A stretch of 47,420 nt of DNA from Piedraia hortae CBS 480.64 (Eukaryota), in contig MU005973.1 of assembly GCA_010093745.1 (NCBI GenBank), positions 248,001 to 295,420 on the forward strand. Reading direction: 5' to 3'. Below the pieces are notes generated by a model. The model made no database searches. It was given only the letters and a program-made list of their open reading frames with translations, and was not told the origin of the DNA. Of this stretch, positions 1-11,775 are shown piece by piece. The stretch's first letter is position 1, and each line of letters begins with the position of its first letter. The translations under genes and the position numbers were made by a program.

Positions 1-113
1 TCGAAGGGCTGTAGGCAGAACTCGCAGGACACCGGGTCGGACGATTCTCCCGTTCTGTCCAGGCACGTTAACGCTCCTGAGAACGACTCTCGCCGTCGTA
101 TACCACAGAATAT

Positions 114-575
114 ATGCCAGGAGATGACCGGATAGATTTCGGAAACTACGACACCGGGGTTGAGATTGATCAGCAGTCGGAAGTTGCAGGTGTTCGGCCG
201 ATTCAGGGCCTTGAAATAAGACTCGACACACTGGTGAACGATCTCAAATGTTCAAGTGCCAACAGTGGCTCCAAAAACGGTGCATCTGCCGAGGAAGTTG
301 TTGCATTCGTGCAAGACACAAATCTCATGGAGCCAGGCTTCATGAGGACATTGCTTAGAATAAATTCGCCCGTGATCGCGAATTCGTTCATACCGCGAGG
401 GCTACAACTAGTCCTCCGAGACAACGCAGAGCTGCGCCAAGAGCTGCGCGAAGTCAAAGACCAAGTCTCGATCTTGGTCGAATGGGAGGTTATCAACCCC
501 CACTCACAGAACAGTTCCACTATGCAGGATCACCGTCAAGCGGAATTAACTCACTCGTCCCAAACCGAACTCTGA
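114..575 (+). CDS. Hypothetical ORF (153 aa); possibly the 3' part of a frameshifted gene entering from the left edge
   Basis: Open frame with a short coiled-coil-like segment (LRDNAELRQELREVKDQVSIL); no family recognised. Its TGA overlaps the kinase ATG (TGATG, 573-577). Confidence 0.25.
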   Translation: MPGDDRIDFGNYDTGVEIDQQSEVAGVRPIQGLEIRLDTLVNDLKCSSANSGSKNGASAEEVVAFVQDTNLMEPGFMRTLLRINSPVIANSFIPRGLQLVLRDNAELRQELREVKDQVSILVEWEVINPHSQNSSTMQDHRQAELTHSSQTEL

Positions 576-1941
576 TGGCGGACCCAGGAGAGAAGCCTTT
601 TCCATATGAATGCGCTAACGCTGATTTTGAAGCGCTCTTTCGCCATATACCGGGCGGATTCCACCCTGTGCATCTCGGGGACATCTTGCACAATGAGCGT
701 TATAGGATCTTGCACAAGCTAGGCTATGGATCCTTCTCAACTGTCTGGGCGGCGAGAGATGAACAGTAAAGCTTCTGCACCCCATCTTACTGGTGAGATA
801 GGCTAATCGATATACAGGAAGCAAAGATATGTGGCGATCAAAATCCCCGTTGCGGATGCTCCGTCAACCCTCGAAACAAGCATCTTAAGAACTTTGGCAG
901 AAAGTAAGACCGAACACCCCGGCATGGCCTACTTACCCACCCTGCTTGACGAATTCGAGCTGGTAGGGCCAAATGGAACACATAATTGCATTGTAACTGA
1001 AGTTTATGGCGTCTCCGTCGGGTTAGATCTGGAGGACGAGCATGTCCCACTCCTTGCCAGTGCTGCCAGGAGACGTCAACGAGAAGTTCTACAGGCCGTC
1101 GACTGCCTGCACCAACATGGCATCGTGCACGGTGACTTGTATACCGGCAACGTCGTGTGGACTCTACGCGGCGTCGATGATCTTACAGAAGAGGAATTTT
1201 TGCGGTTCTTTTGTTATGCACAGATCAAAGAAGTGAAGAGCAAGGACGGATCCCCTCTGCCGCCGAATGTGCCCAGATACCTTGTGAAGCATGACTATCG
1301 TCCTACTCAGGCTTGGAATGAGGACGACATCATGCTCATAGATTTCGGGCAAGCGTTTCATTTGAATTCCCCACCAGATGGGCTCGTGACCCCGCTGCAA
1401 TATCGTGCCCCAGAGATTGTTTTCGAAGAAACGCTTGACGAAAAGGTGGATGTGTGGAGTGCTGGCATGTTGGTATGTGCTTCATCTGTCCGACACCTCA
1501 GCAAGCTCACCTCGATAGTGTTTTGTGCTGTTGACCACCTTCCCACCAATAGACCCAATGATTTTGGATGAAGACGAGCTCATCGATGCTCTGATCAAAG
1601 CGACCCATCACCAGCTTCCCGAACGTTGGCAGGAAGAAGGCCAAGAGATGATTTCTAACGTCAAGTATCCCGCTTCCGACGATTATGCAAACTTTCAAGC
1701 AATCATTGAGGCATTCGTTGAAAGGGCCGATAGCGAGAAAGTGCAGGATTTACCAACACAGGTTTTCCAAAGGGCAGGAGACCTGTTCGAAAAGACATTG
1801 CGATTGGATCCCAAAGAGCGCATCTCGGCAAAGGAAGCTCTCGAGTTGGACTGGTTCAAAGATACTTCCTCACCAGCCATTCTAACTTCCACTCCTGGAA
1901 CGTCGGGTCCCACTTCTAACACACGCAATCCCGACAGTTAG
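575..1941 (+). CDS. SRPK-like (CMGC) Ser/Thr protein kinase; exons 575-765, 818-1472, 1519-1941
   Basis: PGGFHPVHLGD, KLGYGSFSTVW, YVAIK, HGDLYTGN, IDFG, YRAPE, DVWSAG, RISAKEAL. Introns 766-817 (GTAAAG..GCTAAT..CAG) and 1473-1518 (GTATGT..TAG) join the frames. Confidence 0.88.
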
Positions 1942-2714
1942 TATCGCTGAGGGTATCAGAAATGGCTTAATGCTAATTGATAGCTTCAATCCTTCGTTGA
2001 TTCTGTTGGAACTCGTCTTTCGCACACTCATCTACACATTTCAAACGCGAATAGTGTGCCATCCAACCATTGCACAGAGCCCATATGCCAACTCGTCCGA
2101 TCGCCCTGCTCTAAAGTTCATAATGCGTTGTTCTTGACCGTTCACGGTCCCTTACGGAGTGAGAAAGTCGCCAGAATGCACGATGACGTAGATGCAGCAT
2201 GGGTCAACGGCCTGTGGATGTATGGTTCGAATGACTCTGATCCATGGCATATCGGCCCTCTTGTACATCTCTATGGCTGCTATGGTGTAGCCTCGGCCAG
2301 TGATGTACGGGCGTAATGCCTGCGAGATGACGTGTGGACTTGGGGTTAAATGAGGGGAGGGAGTTTGGTATGGATATTGCAGTGATGCTAGTGGATTGTG
2401 GTTAGATTACCAATTTCGTTCAAATGGGACTCTGAATCTGCCTGGAGCTTATGAACTCATCTTAGCCTCCCATTGCCAAATTTGTTCACTCGTCTTCCTT
2501 TCTCGCCAACGCATTTGTAGAAGTAAAGACCAAGGAGTGCTTGAATATCTCCAAACTCTTCTCAACACATCACTCAAATAATCCAAAGTCGAACCTGTAG
2601 CGTATGTGACGTGACGGATCGAGTCTGTGACGTTAACCCCACGTCACCATGCATGCGGCTCGCAGACAACACAATTTCTGAGTTCAAATTGTACGGCAAA
2701 CACAACCTCCAAAC

Positions 2715-4700
2715 ATGTCTCTCCAAGAAAAGCTCGACAGCGAAGTCCTTGTCGCGGCAAGAAAGCTCACGAAACAAGGTGTCACAGCAGACGTCCCAAG
2801 CCTCTACGTCGCAATCAAGAAATCCAACCTCCCTCTCGCCCGTCGACCCAAGAAACTCGTAGAAGACAGTCTCGTCCGAGCAGTAAAAGCTATCAACGCC
2901 CCCGGAAGCGACACAGATATCGAGCGCAACATGCCCAAGGCATCAGACTATGTTAACCGCACGTTACGTGCCAACCTCGCACCCGAAGGAGGGGCAGGAC
3001 GAGCCAAGCGCGCGCGCACAGAAAAATACGAGGCGCCGAAAGATGTTTCGCTGGAAGAAATGGGCGGGATTGATAGCATTGTTGAGCAGCTAACGGAGCT
3101 TATTGTATGGCCACTGCGGTTCCCGCAAGTGTTTGTGCAGAGGAGCACGAAGAGACCCAAGGGGATCCTCCTACATGGACCCCCCGGATGCGGAAAGACG
3201 ATGATTGCGCGGGGATTTGCCGCGGAGTTGAACGTCCCATTTATTGAAGTGTCGAACATCGTGTCTGGCATGTCCGGCGAATCGGAAAAGGCACTACACG
3301 ATCGCTTTGAAGAAGCGAAGCGACTCGCGCCAAGCATCCTCTTCCTCGACGAAATCGACGCCATCGCTCCCAAACGCGAATCCAGCCAAAGCCAAATGGA
3401 GAAACGCATCGTAAGCCAAATGATCCGCAGCATGGACGACCTCAACCGCGAAGCGGACAAACCCGTCATCATGCTCGCCACAACCAACCACCCAGATAGC
3501 ATCGAGCCCGCCCTCCGCCGAGCCGGTCGCTTCGACACAGAAATCAACATCCCCGTCCCCAACGAACTCGCGCGGGAGAGAATCCTCCGCGCACAAACCC
3601 GCCACTGCCCCCTCGCCTCCGACGTGGACATCCACCAACTCGCAAAGCTAACCGCGGGCTTCGTCGGCGCTGACCTCGCCGATCTCGTCAGTCGAGCCGA
3701 TATGTGGCAGCTACGGGGCTACTTCAACACCCTCCGTGACCAAGACCTTCCCTCCCCGCCCACAAACGCAGTATCCAAACTCCGCCTCCTCCTCACCCGC
3801 TGCAACGGCCCCAACCACACCCAACCCGCAATCACCATGTCCGCCTTCCGCTCCGTCCTCCCCCTCATAACCCCTTCCACAAAGCGCGAAGGCTTCACCA
3901 CAAAACCCGACATCCGCTGGACCGACGTCGGCGCCTTGACCGAAATCCGGCATTCCCTCCATGAATCCATTGTCTCTCCCATCCTCTACCCAGAAAAGTA
4001 CTCCTCCCTAGGCATAACCGCACCCAGCGGCGTCCTCCTCTGGGGGCCCCCCGGATGCGGAAAAACCCTCCTCGCTCAGGCCGTTGCCGCGGAAAGTAAC
4101 GCTAGCTTCATCTCTATCAAAGGTCCTGAACTCTTGAACAAGTTCGTTGGGGAGAGTGAAGCTTCTGTCCGTGGCGTCTTCCTCCGCGCGAGGAAAGCCG
4201 CGCCGTGTGTTATTTTCTTTGATGAGATCGATGCGCTTGTGCCGAAGAGGAGTGAGGCGGGCTCCGAGAGTGGTGCGAGAGTGGTGAATACGCTCCTGAC
4301 GGAATTGGCGGGCGCGGCGGACCGAGGTAGGGTTTTTGTGATTGCTGCGACGAACAGAGTGGATATGATTGATGAGGCGGTTTTGAGACCGGGCAGGCTG
4401 GAGACGAGGTTGTTTGTGGATCTTCCCGATGGGGAAGGGAGGGGGGAGATTTTTAGGACGATTACGAGGGAGATGCCTGTTGAAGGGTTGGATGATGTTG
4501 TGGACCTTGTGAGGGGGGAGAGGTGTGAGGGTTTTAGTGGTGCTGATTTGCAGGCGTTGGTGAGGCAGGCGGCGCAGGGGGTACTGAGGAGGGGCGGGGA
4601 GAGGTATACTTTGGGGGATTTTGAGAGTGCGCTGGACGTGGTGGGAAGGTCGGTTAGGGATGTGGAGAAATATCGGGTGTTAAGGAGGAAGTGGGGCTGA
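2715..4700 (+). CDS. RIX7: Rix7/NVL-type double-AAA ATPase (ribosome biogenesis), intronless
   Basis: Two AAA modules (GPPGCGKT twice; FLDEID and FFDEID), IVSGMSGESEK, MEKRIVSQ, KREGF..PDIRW, ELLNKFVGESE, RPGRLET. Confidence 0.92.
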   Translation: MSLQEKLDSEVLVAARKLTKQGVTADVPSLYVAIKKSNLPLARRPKKLVEDSLVRAVKAINAPGSDTDIERNMPKASDYVNRTLRANLAPEGGAGRAKRARTEKYEAPKDVSLEEMGGIDSIVEQLTELIVWPLRFPQVFVQRSTKRPKGILLHGPPGCGKTMIARGFAAELNVPFIEVSNIVSGMSGESEKALHDRFEEAKRLAPSILFLDEIDAIAPKRESSQSQMEKRIVSQMIRSMDDLNREADKPVIMLATTNHPDSIEPALRRAGRFDTEINIPVPNELARERILRAQTRHCPLASDVDIHQLAKLTAGFVGADLADLVSRADMWQLRGYFNTLRDQDLPSPPTNAVSKLRLLLTRCNGPNHTQPAITMSAFRSVLPLITPSTKREGFTTKPDIRWTDVGALTEIRHSLHESIVSPILYPEKYSSLGITAPSGVLLWGPPGCGKTLLAQAVAAESNASFISIKGPELLNKFVGESEASVRGVFLRARKAAPCVIFFDEIDALVPKRSEAGSESGARVVNTLLTELAGAADRGRVFVIAATNRVDMIDEAVLRPGRLETRLFVDLPDGEGRGEIFRTITREMPVEGLDDVVDLVRGERCEGFSGADLQALVRQAAQGVLRRGGERYTLGDFESALDVVGRSVRDVEKYRVLRRKWG

Positions 4701-5374
4701 GGCGTAAGGGGGGAAAGGGGGTGATGATTGAGTTGTGTGTATGGTCCAGTGGGGGTGGATTGTGTGGAGATGTTGGAAGTTTGTTGTGTGGATATCAACT
4801 GCCAAGGTTCAGTGGATTGCAATTCGTTGAGTCTCAACTGTCACGGTCGCCCAGGTGGCTCAGCAGTTGTACATACTTGGTGTACGCCATGGCAAAACAT
4901 CCCCGAGACTAGGTAATACCAGCACCCCCAAAAGTTGACACTGCTCCAAACCATCCATAAACTTATAAACGGTAGACAAACACTCAGTGTATCCTCAGTG
5001 AGTTGCATTCATCTGCAGAGTTTGAAGTTTAATTTCGACATGTTTCATCTTCCCCATCCCCCGGTTTACATAACAGTAAGATGTCCCATCTCATGTAATA
5101 CCACGAAGAACCCAACCCGTAGATAATTTAATCTAATTAATCAATCGCCCTCCCAATTCCGCACCACAACCACTCCTAAATCTTAATTAGACCCCCACTC
5201 ACTAGCCGCAATTGTTAGCTTCTTGGCCTTTTGTTTGCGTTTTCCTTCACACACCACCTCTTCTACTCTTCAACCCCCCAACCGACTACATGATTGAAGG
5301 TCAAGAAGGGACGGAATATAAACCCCTTCTTGACCTCACTTACCCTCTAGTGATACAGTCAAACGTGGATGTAG

Positions 5375-6624
5375 CGGATCGATTCAGTGTGGGCTCACAT
5401 GTTGCAAAATCATGCAATAAACTTTGTGAGAAGAGGGTTTCCGCAACTTCGAGATATGAAAATTCCGGTTGCTTGTATCGGAGGGTGAAGGTTACTGGCC
5501 TGTTGCGGATGAAGCCCGCATTGGGGGTTGGGTGGGAGTCTTGTGCCAAGCAAGCCTGCACGGACGGATGAAGAGCTCGGAGATGCTTACTGGACGAAAC
5601 TGCAAGTCATGGCTCTCGCCACAACCAAGTGTCTGAATAACTTTGGGTCTCCTGTGGTGGTTTTGACACGAGTTATAACGATGAGGGCTGGAGAAGAGCG
5701 TCGTAATTACAGCATGGACTGCAGCCAGGGACGAAGAGGAGTTGTGCTGGCTACGGCAGATTGCCCGGGGAGTAATGAGACTGCTCTGGGAGACCTTGAT
5801 GCCACCTCCACGAAGAAGCCTGGAAGAATATTCCCCAAGCGCAAACACAGCACTTTTTCCTGGCGGGTGTCGTTCTCCGTCAACTCGCGAAGCTCACTGC
5901 CGGTTTCCATCGGCGCCAGGCTCGTTAGAGTCTAAACCCTTCACTGTCCCCTCAAGTGATGGCATCTTCTGGGGATATAGTACCCTTTGTGCCTTTCCAG
6001 ACCTCCCAAGGCTTCATCGCCAGGCCAAACGTCCGGGCCTGGGATGAGCTACTCAGATTGCTGCAGGACGACCCCATCGCGAAGCCCGAATCCGGCGTAC
6101 CGTTCTGGGTCCGACAGGCTGCGGAAAAACGATCCTCGCGGAGCGACAGGCAATTTTCATCAATTCCATTTGCGGCGTGTCCCAACTCGGTCACCATGTT
6201 AGACGGTTCGGACAGGCTTTGTCATCGCCGCTATTAATCTGCTGGACGAGGCCAGGAGGCTCGATTCGCAGGTTTTCGTCGACATCCCAGACGAGCTTCG
6301 TTTCTTCAATCCATAAATACACCACCCTCGCTCTCGCCACAGTTCTGTTGGAGTGGGGTGTTCACAATCCTGCCAAGAAACACCTCACCCCTTTCCAATC
6401 TTCCCAACCAGTTTCCCACCGTTACGAAGATAACCCTCCATTATCTTCCGATGTCTTCTTCTCTACAAGTGCAGGAACGAGCGCAGTTTGTTGAGCGGCA
6501 GATCTTCGCTCAAGCTTTCAATGGACCGCAGACGGCGAGACTTTCCCTGATTCAGTGCTGGAAATGCTCACGGCATACCGTCCTCCATGGCGATCCCGAA
6601 GAGGAATGTCTTATAGAGAGTTGA
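5375..6624 (+). pseudogene. Degenerate tandem duplicate of RIX7 with many deletions and frameshifts (boundaries approximate)
   Basis: Colinear peptide relics vs the intact gene: VVLATADCPGSNETAL~VIMLATTNHPDSIEPAL; QAQTQHFFLAGVVLRQLAKLTAGF~RAQTRHCPLASDVDIHQLAKLTAGF; GFIARPNVRAWD~GFTTKPDIRWTD; GPTGCGKTILA~GPPGCGKTLLA; FVIAAIN~FVIAATN; RLDSQVFVDIPDE~RLETRLFVDLPDG. Confidence 0.85.
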
Positions 6625-7227
6625 AGGAGAAGAAAGGGTGAGGGTGGTGACGCCGTCTAGGTTATTCGCAGCTGTCTTCAGATGTAGCTACAAATGGTGG
6701 TCAATACGTTGCGAGCGAGTCATGGAGTGTGTCTAGTGGGGGCTTTTTGACAGTTAGATGCTTGAGTTTGGAGTGTGAGGAGGCACACCCAGTGGTATCA
6801 TGCGTTGATGTGTATCGGATGCTATGTTAGAAGTTGTCCTACTAACAATCAGTGGGTATTAACACCACCCAAGTAACTGTCATTGGCAGTCTGGCCGTCC
6901 AGGTGGCTCAGCAGTGGAGAATGCTTTTAGCGAGTCAGATTATAGTTGACAGGCCCACTTTGGTCAGAAAATCGCAACTTGGAACTTAATGTTATTGTGA
7001 ACTCCAGGACACCTGACAACCGTCAGCCAGGGTAATATGTACAAGCCGTCAATACTTCTTCCGCTACATTCAAGTTTGGGTATAGCGGGCATTGAAGCCA
7101 GGTGAATGGACCTTATAACGGACTGCCAGCACCCCGATATGACGCCGTAAACACATAGATACAGCGAATTCCTTGGTATAGTGGGCAAAAGAATTGCACC
7201 AAATCAATCCGCCATAGTCAGGGCAGC

Positions 7228-7882
7228 TTAACTCATCAACGACTCAGGATATTCAAATGTCTCCCTCTGCCCTTGTACGACCGGTTCCGGAACGTTCAAC
7301 GGGGGCGGATTCGTCTCAATCTCAATCGTGACCTATCACAATCAGCACAAACACTCATTCTGCAATGATTGTCCTGTACCGCGCTGTCATCACTGCGGTA
7401 GTCAACACCTACCGGGCCATCATTTACGAGCGCCACATCCATCACGGCCTGAAACACGCCATCCTTTACCCTCTCAGCAACATATTCACTCCTGACTTTA
7501 GCCACAAAGGTATCATACAACTCTCTCGCTCTGTCCGGGGCCGCAGATCGGTGAAAATCAGGCTTATTTCCCTTCTTTGTAGTGGCCAAGAGGGTAAACT
7601 GACTGACGCAAAGCACCTCACCATCAATGTCTCTCACACTTCTCTTCCACTTGCCTCCATTGTCGTCTTCCCATAGCTTGACTTTGACAAGTTTTGTGGC
7701 GAGGCTTTCGGCGTCGTGCTTTGTATCATCTCTACCGATTGCTGCAAACACCAACACCCCACGTGCAATCTGCGACACTAGATGGCCGTCTACAGTTACA
7801 GAAGCGGATTTGACGCGCTGAATGACGGCTTTCACAGGTCAGAGACAGATTGGCACCGACATGGCAACAACTGACCTTTCAT
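7228..7882 (-). CDS. DTD1: D-aminoacyl-tRNA deacylase; exons 7882-7876, 7828-7413 (or to 7380), 7332-7228
   Basis: MKAVIQRV, SQFTL, KGNKPDFH, NDGPV. Intron 7875-7829; second intron with donor at 7412 or 7379 and acceptor at 7333. Confidence 0.93.
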
Positions 7883-8030
7883 GGCTTTTGGGACGGTTGT
7901 TGCCTATTTGGGCTTAGCGGGACGAACGACAGTCGCACGTCACACCCGCCCCAGCCGTCACCTTTCTGACTCGCTGCTGGGAAGAGACGGGAATTGGCTC
8001 TTTTAGGCAAGTAGAGAAAATTTCGACGTC

Positions 8031-9881
8031 ATGGCTGCGCGTAAGCTGGAACAAGAGATTCAGCGCGAGTTCAAGACCATCAAGTTGGGGCTTGAGTCGT
8101 TTGATACTATTTATGAGAAGTTGCAGCAGTCGACCAACCAGTCACAGAAGAATAAGCTGGAAGATGACCTCAAGACGACAATCAAGAAGCTGCAGAGATC
8201 AAGAGACAAGGTCAAGGGCTGGGCGAGCTCAAATGATATCAAGGACAAGACGCAGCTGCTGGAGCAGCGGCGGCTGATTGAACAGGTGGGCTGGTCACAG
8301 TGTGGCTAAATATTGGCTAACGCAGCACAGCGGATGGAGTCGTTCAAAGCTGTGGAAAAGGAAATGAAGACCAAGGCGTTTTCCAAGGAGGGACTGTCAG
8401 CCGCGGCGAAGATGGACCCAAAGGAGCGGGAGAAGACAGAAGTTAGCCACTTCCTGGGCGAAATGGTGGAGGAACTAGGCCGCCAGATTGAACACCTAGA
8501 GGCTGAAGCCGACCAGCTAAGAGTCACGCTCAAGAAGAAGAAAAAGAACGATGCGGGAAAGGTCGAGCGGCTGGCGGAGTTGGAGCGTACGGTGGAACGG
8601 CACAAGTGGCATACCGGACGCTTGGAGATTGTGCTGCGGCTGCTGGAGAACGGCAGCATCGAGGCGGATGAAGTCAAGGAAATCGAGGAGGGCATCAGGT
8701 ATTACGTGGAGCAGAACCAGGAGCTCGATTTCGCTGAAGACGACGACCTCTACGAAGGACTGAACCTCGATCAGGAGGAGGAGTTCTTTGGCGTCGCCAA
8801 CGAGAACGATGCCGCCGGTCAGGACGAGACGGCCGACGACGCTGCCGAGGACCGGCCATCCGGCGCTGGCGACAGGCACAAGGCAGAGAAATCCGGACGG
8901 AGAGCCAGCGCCCAGCTCAGCAAGAGTCCGCTACCTGTTCTCTCGCTGCACGCGACGGCTGGCGGCAAGGCTGCTGCCGATATGAAACCCGCACCGCTGC
9001 CGTCCATCCCAACAGGCCAGACGCTCAAGTACGCTTCTGCTGCGGCCGCGGCGGCTGCAAGCGAGCGGAATAGCGTCGGAATAGCACCGCTACCCCCGCC
9101 TCCCGGTGCCAAGCAGAGTCAGTCGCCATCACCGACGGACAGAAACCGCAAAAAGGAGCCGGCGCGCACAGCTCACCCAAAGACTGTACAACCGCCGCCG
9201 CAGCCGCCGCCGGCGGCACTAACTCCAGCGCAACAACCGCAGGCTCCGCCTCGGCCGCCGAGCCCCTCACCGCCTTCGGAAAAGGAGGAAGAAGAAGAAG
9301 AGGAGGAGGAGGAGGAGGCAGAAGAGGAGGAAGAGGAGGAGAAGGAGGAGAAGGAGGAGAAGGAGGTCGATGTCCAACGTCTTCTGCCCACAAGCCTGAG
9401 CGATGTGCTGGAAACGGTGCTGAATACACGACAGCAAGCGATAGCGAAAGAGGTGGCAAACGAGGCGCTGATGGCGGCATCACGGCTGAATGCACCGACG
9501 CCGGCAGACGCCGAGAGGCCTAGGCGGTACACGCCCGACCAGCTGTTTACAAATACGCCAGCACATTATCCGCAGTATGCGTCACCCGTATTCGACGACC
9601 AGCGGCTCTACAACCGCATTGACACCGACAGCCTGTTCTACGCCTTCTACTACCGCCAAGGCACCTATCATCAGTACCAGGCGGCCAAGGCGCTGAAGAA
9701 CCAGAGCTGGCGTTTCCACAAACAGTACCAGACGTGGTTCCAGCGTCACGAGGAGCCAAAGAGCATCACAGACGACTATGAACAGGGCACATACCGCTTC
9801 TTCGACTACGAGAGCACGTGGATGAACCGGCGCAAGACGGATTTTGTCTTCCATTATCGCTTCCTAGAAGATGAGCTGTAG
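8031..9881 (+). CDS. NOT3: CCR4-NOT subunit Not3/Not5; intron 8286-8330
   Basis: N-terminal MAARKLEQEI..KKLQR.RD..K.W; MESFKAVEKEMKTKAFSKEGL; C-terminal NOT box (LFYAFYY..QY.AAKALKNQSWRFHK..GTYRFFDYE). Poly-Glu linker at ~9281-9366. Confidence 0.93.
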
Positions 9882-9990
9882 CAGCGGCTGTCTTGTTCAG
9901 TAAACTTGTCCATTGCCAACAGCAATTGTTGGTTGTTGGGACAGTCATTGATGTAACGGTCGCCTATTAACGTACAGAGTAAGTCACCTC

Positions 9991-10872
9991 TCAATCCCGC
10001 TCAGCAATCGCCTGCAGCCTCTCCTCAATCTCATCCTCACTGAGAGTCCTAAACGGGCCTTCCTTTCCATTCACATAACCCACCTCCACCTCCCCCTTCT
10101 TAAAATCCACCCCCATAACCGTCCCCAGAGTCGTAATCCCGAGCTCAACAACCTCCATCCAATCCCCTTCCGCACAATCTTTATTCTTCAACTTCTTCTC
10201 CAAAAAATTCAGCGCCTCCTGCGCCTTTGGTCCCGACGCCGTAGCCTTGTAGCCCACATAATACCCCGCAGGGTCACATTTATACAACTGCGGCCCCAGC
10301 TCCGAATCCACCGAGATGAGCGTCGTCGCCACACCCAACGGACGCATGTATGCCTATCCAACCCGTCAGCAAAGCCTTTCTTCCCCTCCCCCCTTATTTC
10401 ACTCTCCACCCACCCGTTGCGTATAAACCTGCGATATATTCGCGATCCTCTTCGCGAGGACATCACACGGCATCTCGTACCCATTCTTGTACCTAAACTC
10501 CGCTGCCTCTGCCTGGGCTCTATTCACCGAAGCTTTCGCATCAGGCATCGCACCGGTCATTACACACCCCACGGAGGGGGACAGCCGATACATGTGTGTT
10601 ACGGACGAGGCATCCATGAGTTTGTCCGGGACTTTTTTCTGGGAAAGTACCACAGCGCAGTCTTTGCCGCGGATCCCGATGGAGGTTATGTTCGCGGCGG
10701 TGATGGCTTTGAACGCATATTCGACTTGGTATAAGCGGCCTTGGTCGGAGAAGATGGTTATGTGTCTGTCGAAACCGGCGCTGCCTGGGGAGGGCTGTTA
10801 GGGGGGGATTTTTTTTTTTTTCCCCTTTGGGGGGGGGGGGGGGAGGGGGGGGGGGGGAGACGGACTTGACAT
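9991..10872 (-). CDS. SCL1: 20S proteasome subunit alpha-1 (PSMA6/Scl1); exons 10872-10866, 10784-10414, 10353-9991
   Basis: Spliced [82 protein letters not shown]. Confidence 0.93.
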
Positions 10873-11016
10873 TGCGACTGTTGCTGGATTGAGCCCAGCG
10901 GGTTGTGGTTCGTTTGCATTGGTGGTGAGGTGAGGTGGGGCCGGGACGGTCCGCTTTCCTTTTTGGGATTAGATCACCACGACATTTTGGTGGTTTTTAG
11001 GAAGGGTGGGAGCGAA

Positions 11017-11775
11017 ATGGCTGAGGATAATGGGCATGTGCCCGCATGGAAGAGATTGGGGTTGAAGTTGAAGTATGCGAATGAACAGCCGGGGGAGCAG
11101 CCAAGGAAGAGGAAGTCGGTTTCGTTTACGGAGGGGATAATCCATACTCCGCCGGAGAAGAGGAGGAGAAAAGGAGATGGGGGATCGGATGGGTTGAGTA
11201 ACAGTGATGGGAGGGTCAAGACTGATGGGAAAAACATGGACGATAAAAAGGCCAAGAATAATGCCAAACTCAAGACTAACGGAGAGGTCAAAATTGAGGG
11301 AAACGCCAAGAGTGATAAAATAGCCAAGAGTAATGAAAAGACAACGACTGATACAAAGGCCAAGAAGAAGCGGGATAAAAAATCTGCCAATACAGGCCCA
11401 GAAGACAGGTCAGATCTCGTGCAGTACCTTGAGCTCTACCACAAGGACAGACCGAATTGGAAGTTCAACAAAGCAAAGCAGAACCATCTGTTGAAAAATC
11501 TCTACAATTTCCAAATACTGCCAGATGAGTATGACGAGGCTATCATCATGTACCTGGACGGTCTCCAGGGCGAGGGCGTAAGGAAGAGAGTCAAAGACGA
11601 AGCCGATGCTGTAGTGGAAAACGGCCCTGAAGGAAATTCAAAAAAGGACAAAAGAGCCTTAGAAATTCAAAAGAAGCTGAGTGTCGCAGAAACGCCGAAG
11701 CCGGCCAAAAAGAACCGCAAATCAAGGACGCTGGTCAAGAGCGACACCAGTTCCGACGAATCTAGCAGTAGTTGA
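11017..11775 (+). CDS. WKF-domain (DUF2373) Lys-rich protein, probably nucleolar
   Basis: HVPAWKRLGLKLK N-terminus and NWKFNKAKQNHLLKNLY...YLDGLQG motif. Confidence 0.8.
   Translation: MAEDNGHVPAWKRLGLKLKYANEQPGEQPRKRKSVSFTEGIIHTPPEKRRRKGDGGSDGLSNSDGRVKTDGKNMDDKKAKNNAKLKTNGEVKIEGNAKSDKIAKSNEKTTTDTKAKKKRDKKSANTGPEDRSDLVQYLELYHKDRPNWKFNKAKQNHLLKNLYNFQILPDEYDEAIIMYLDGLQGEGVRKRVKDEADAVVENGPEGNSKKDKRALEIQKKLSVAETPKPAKKNRKSRTLVKSDTSSDESSSS

Noticed and set aside
4836..6951. Short TGTCA..TGACA direct repeats read as LTRs of a retroelement, or as a tRNA/SINE A-box
   Set aside because: No TSD, PBS/PPT, B-box or cloverleaf; explained as the duplicated 3' flank of RIX7.
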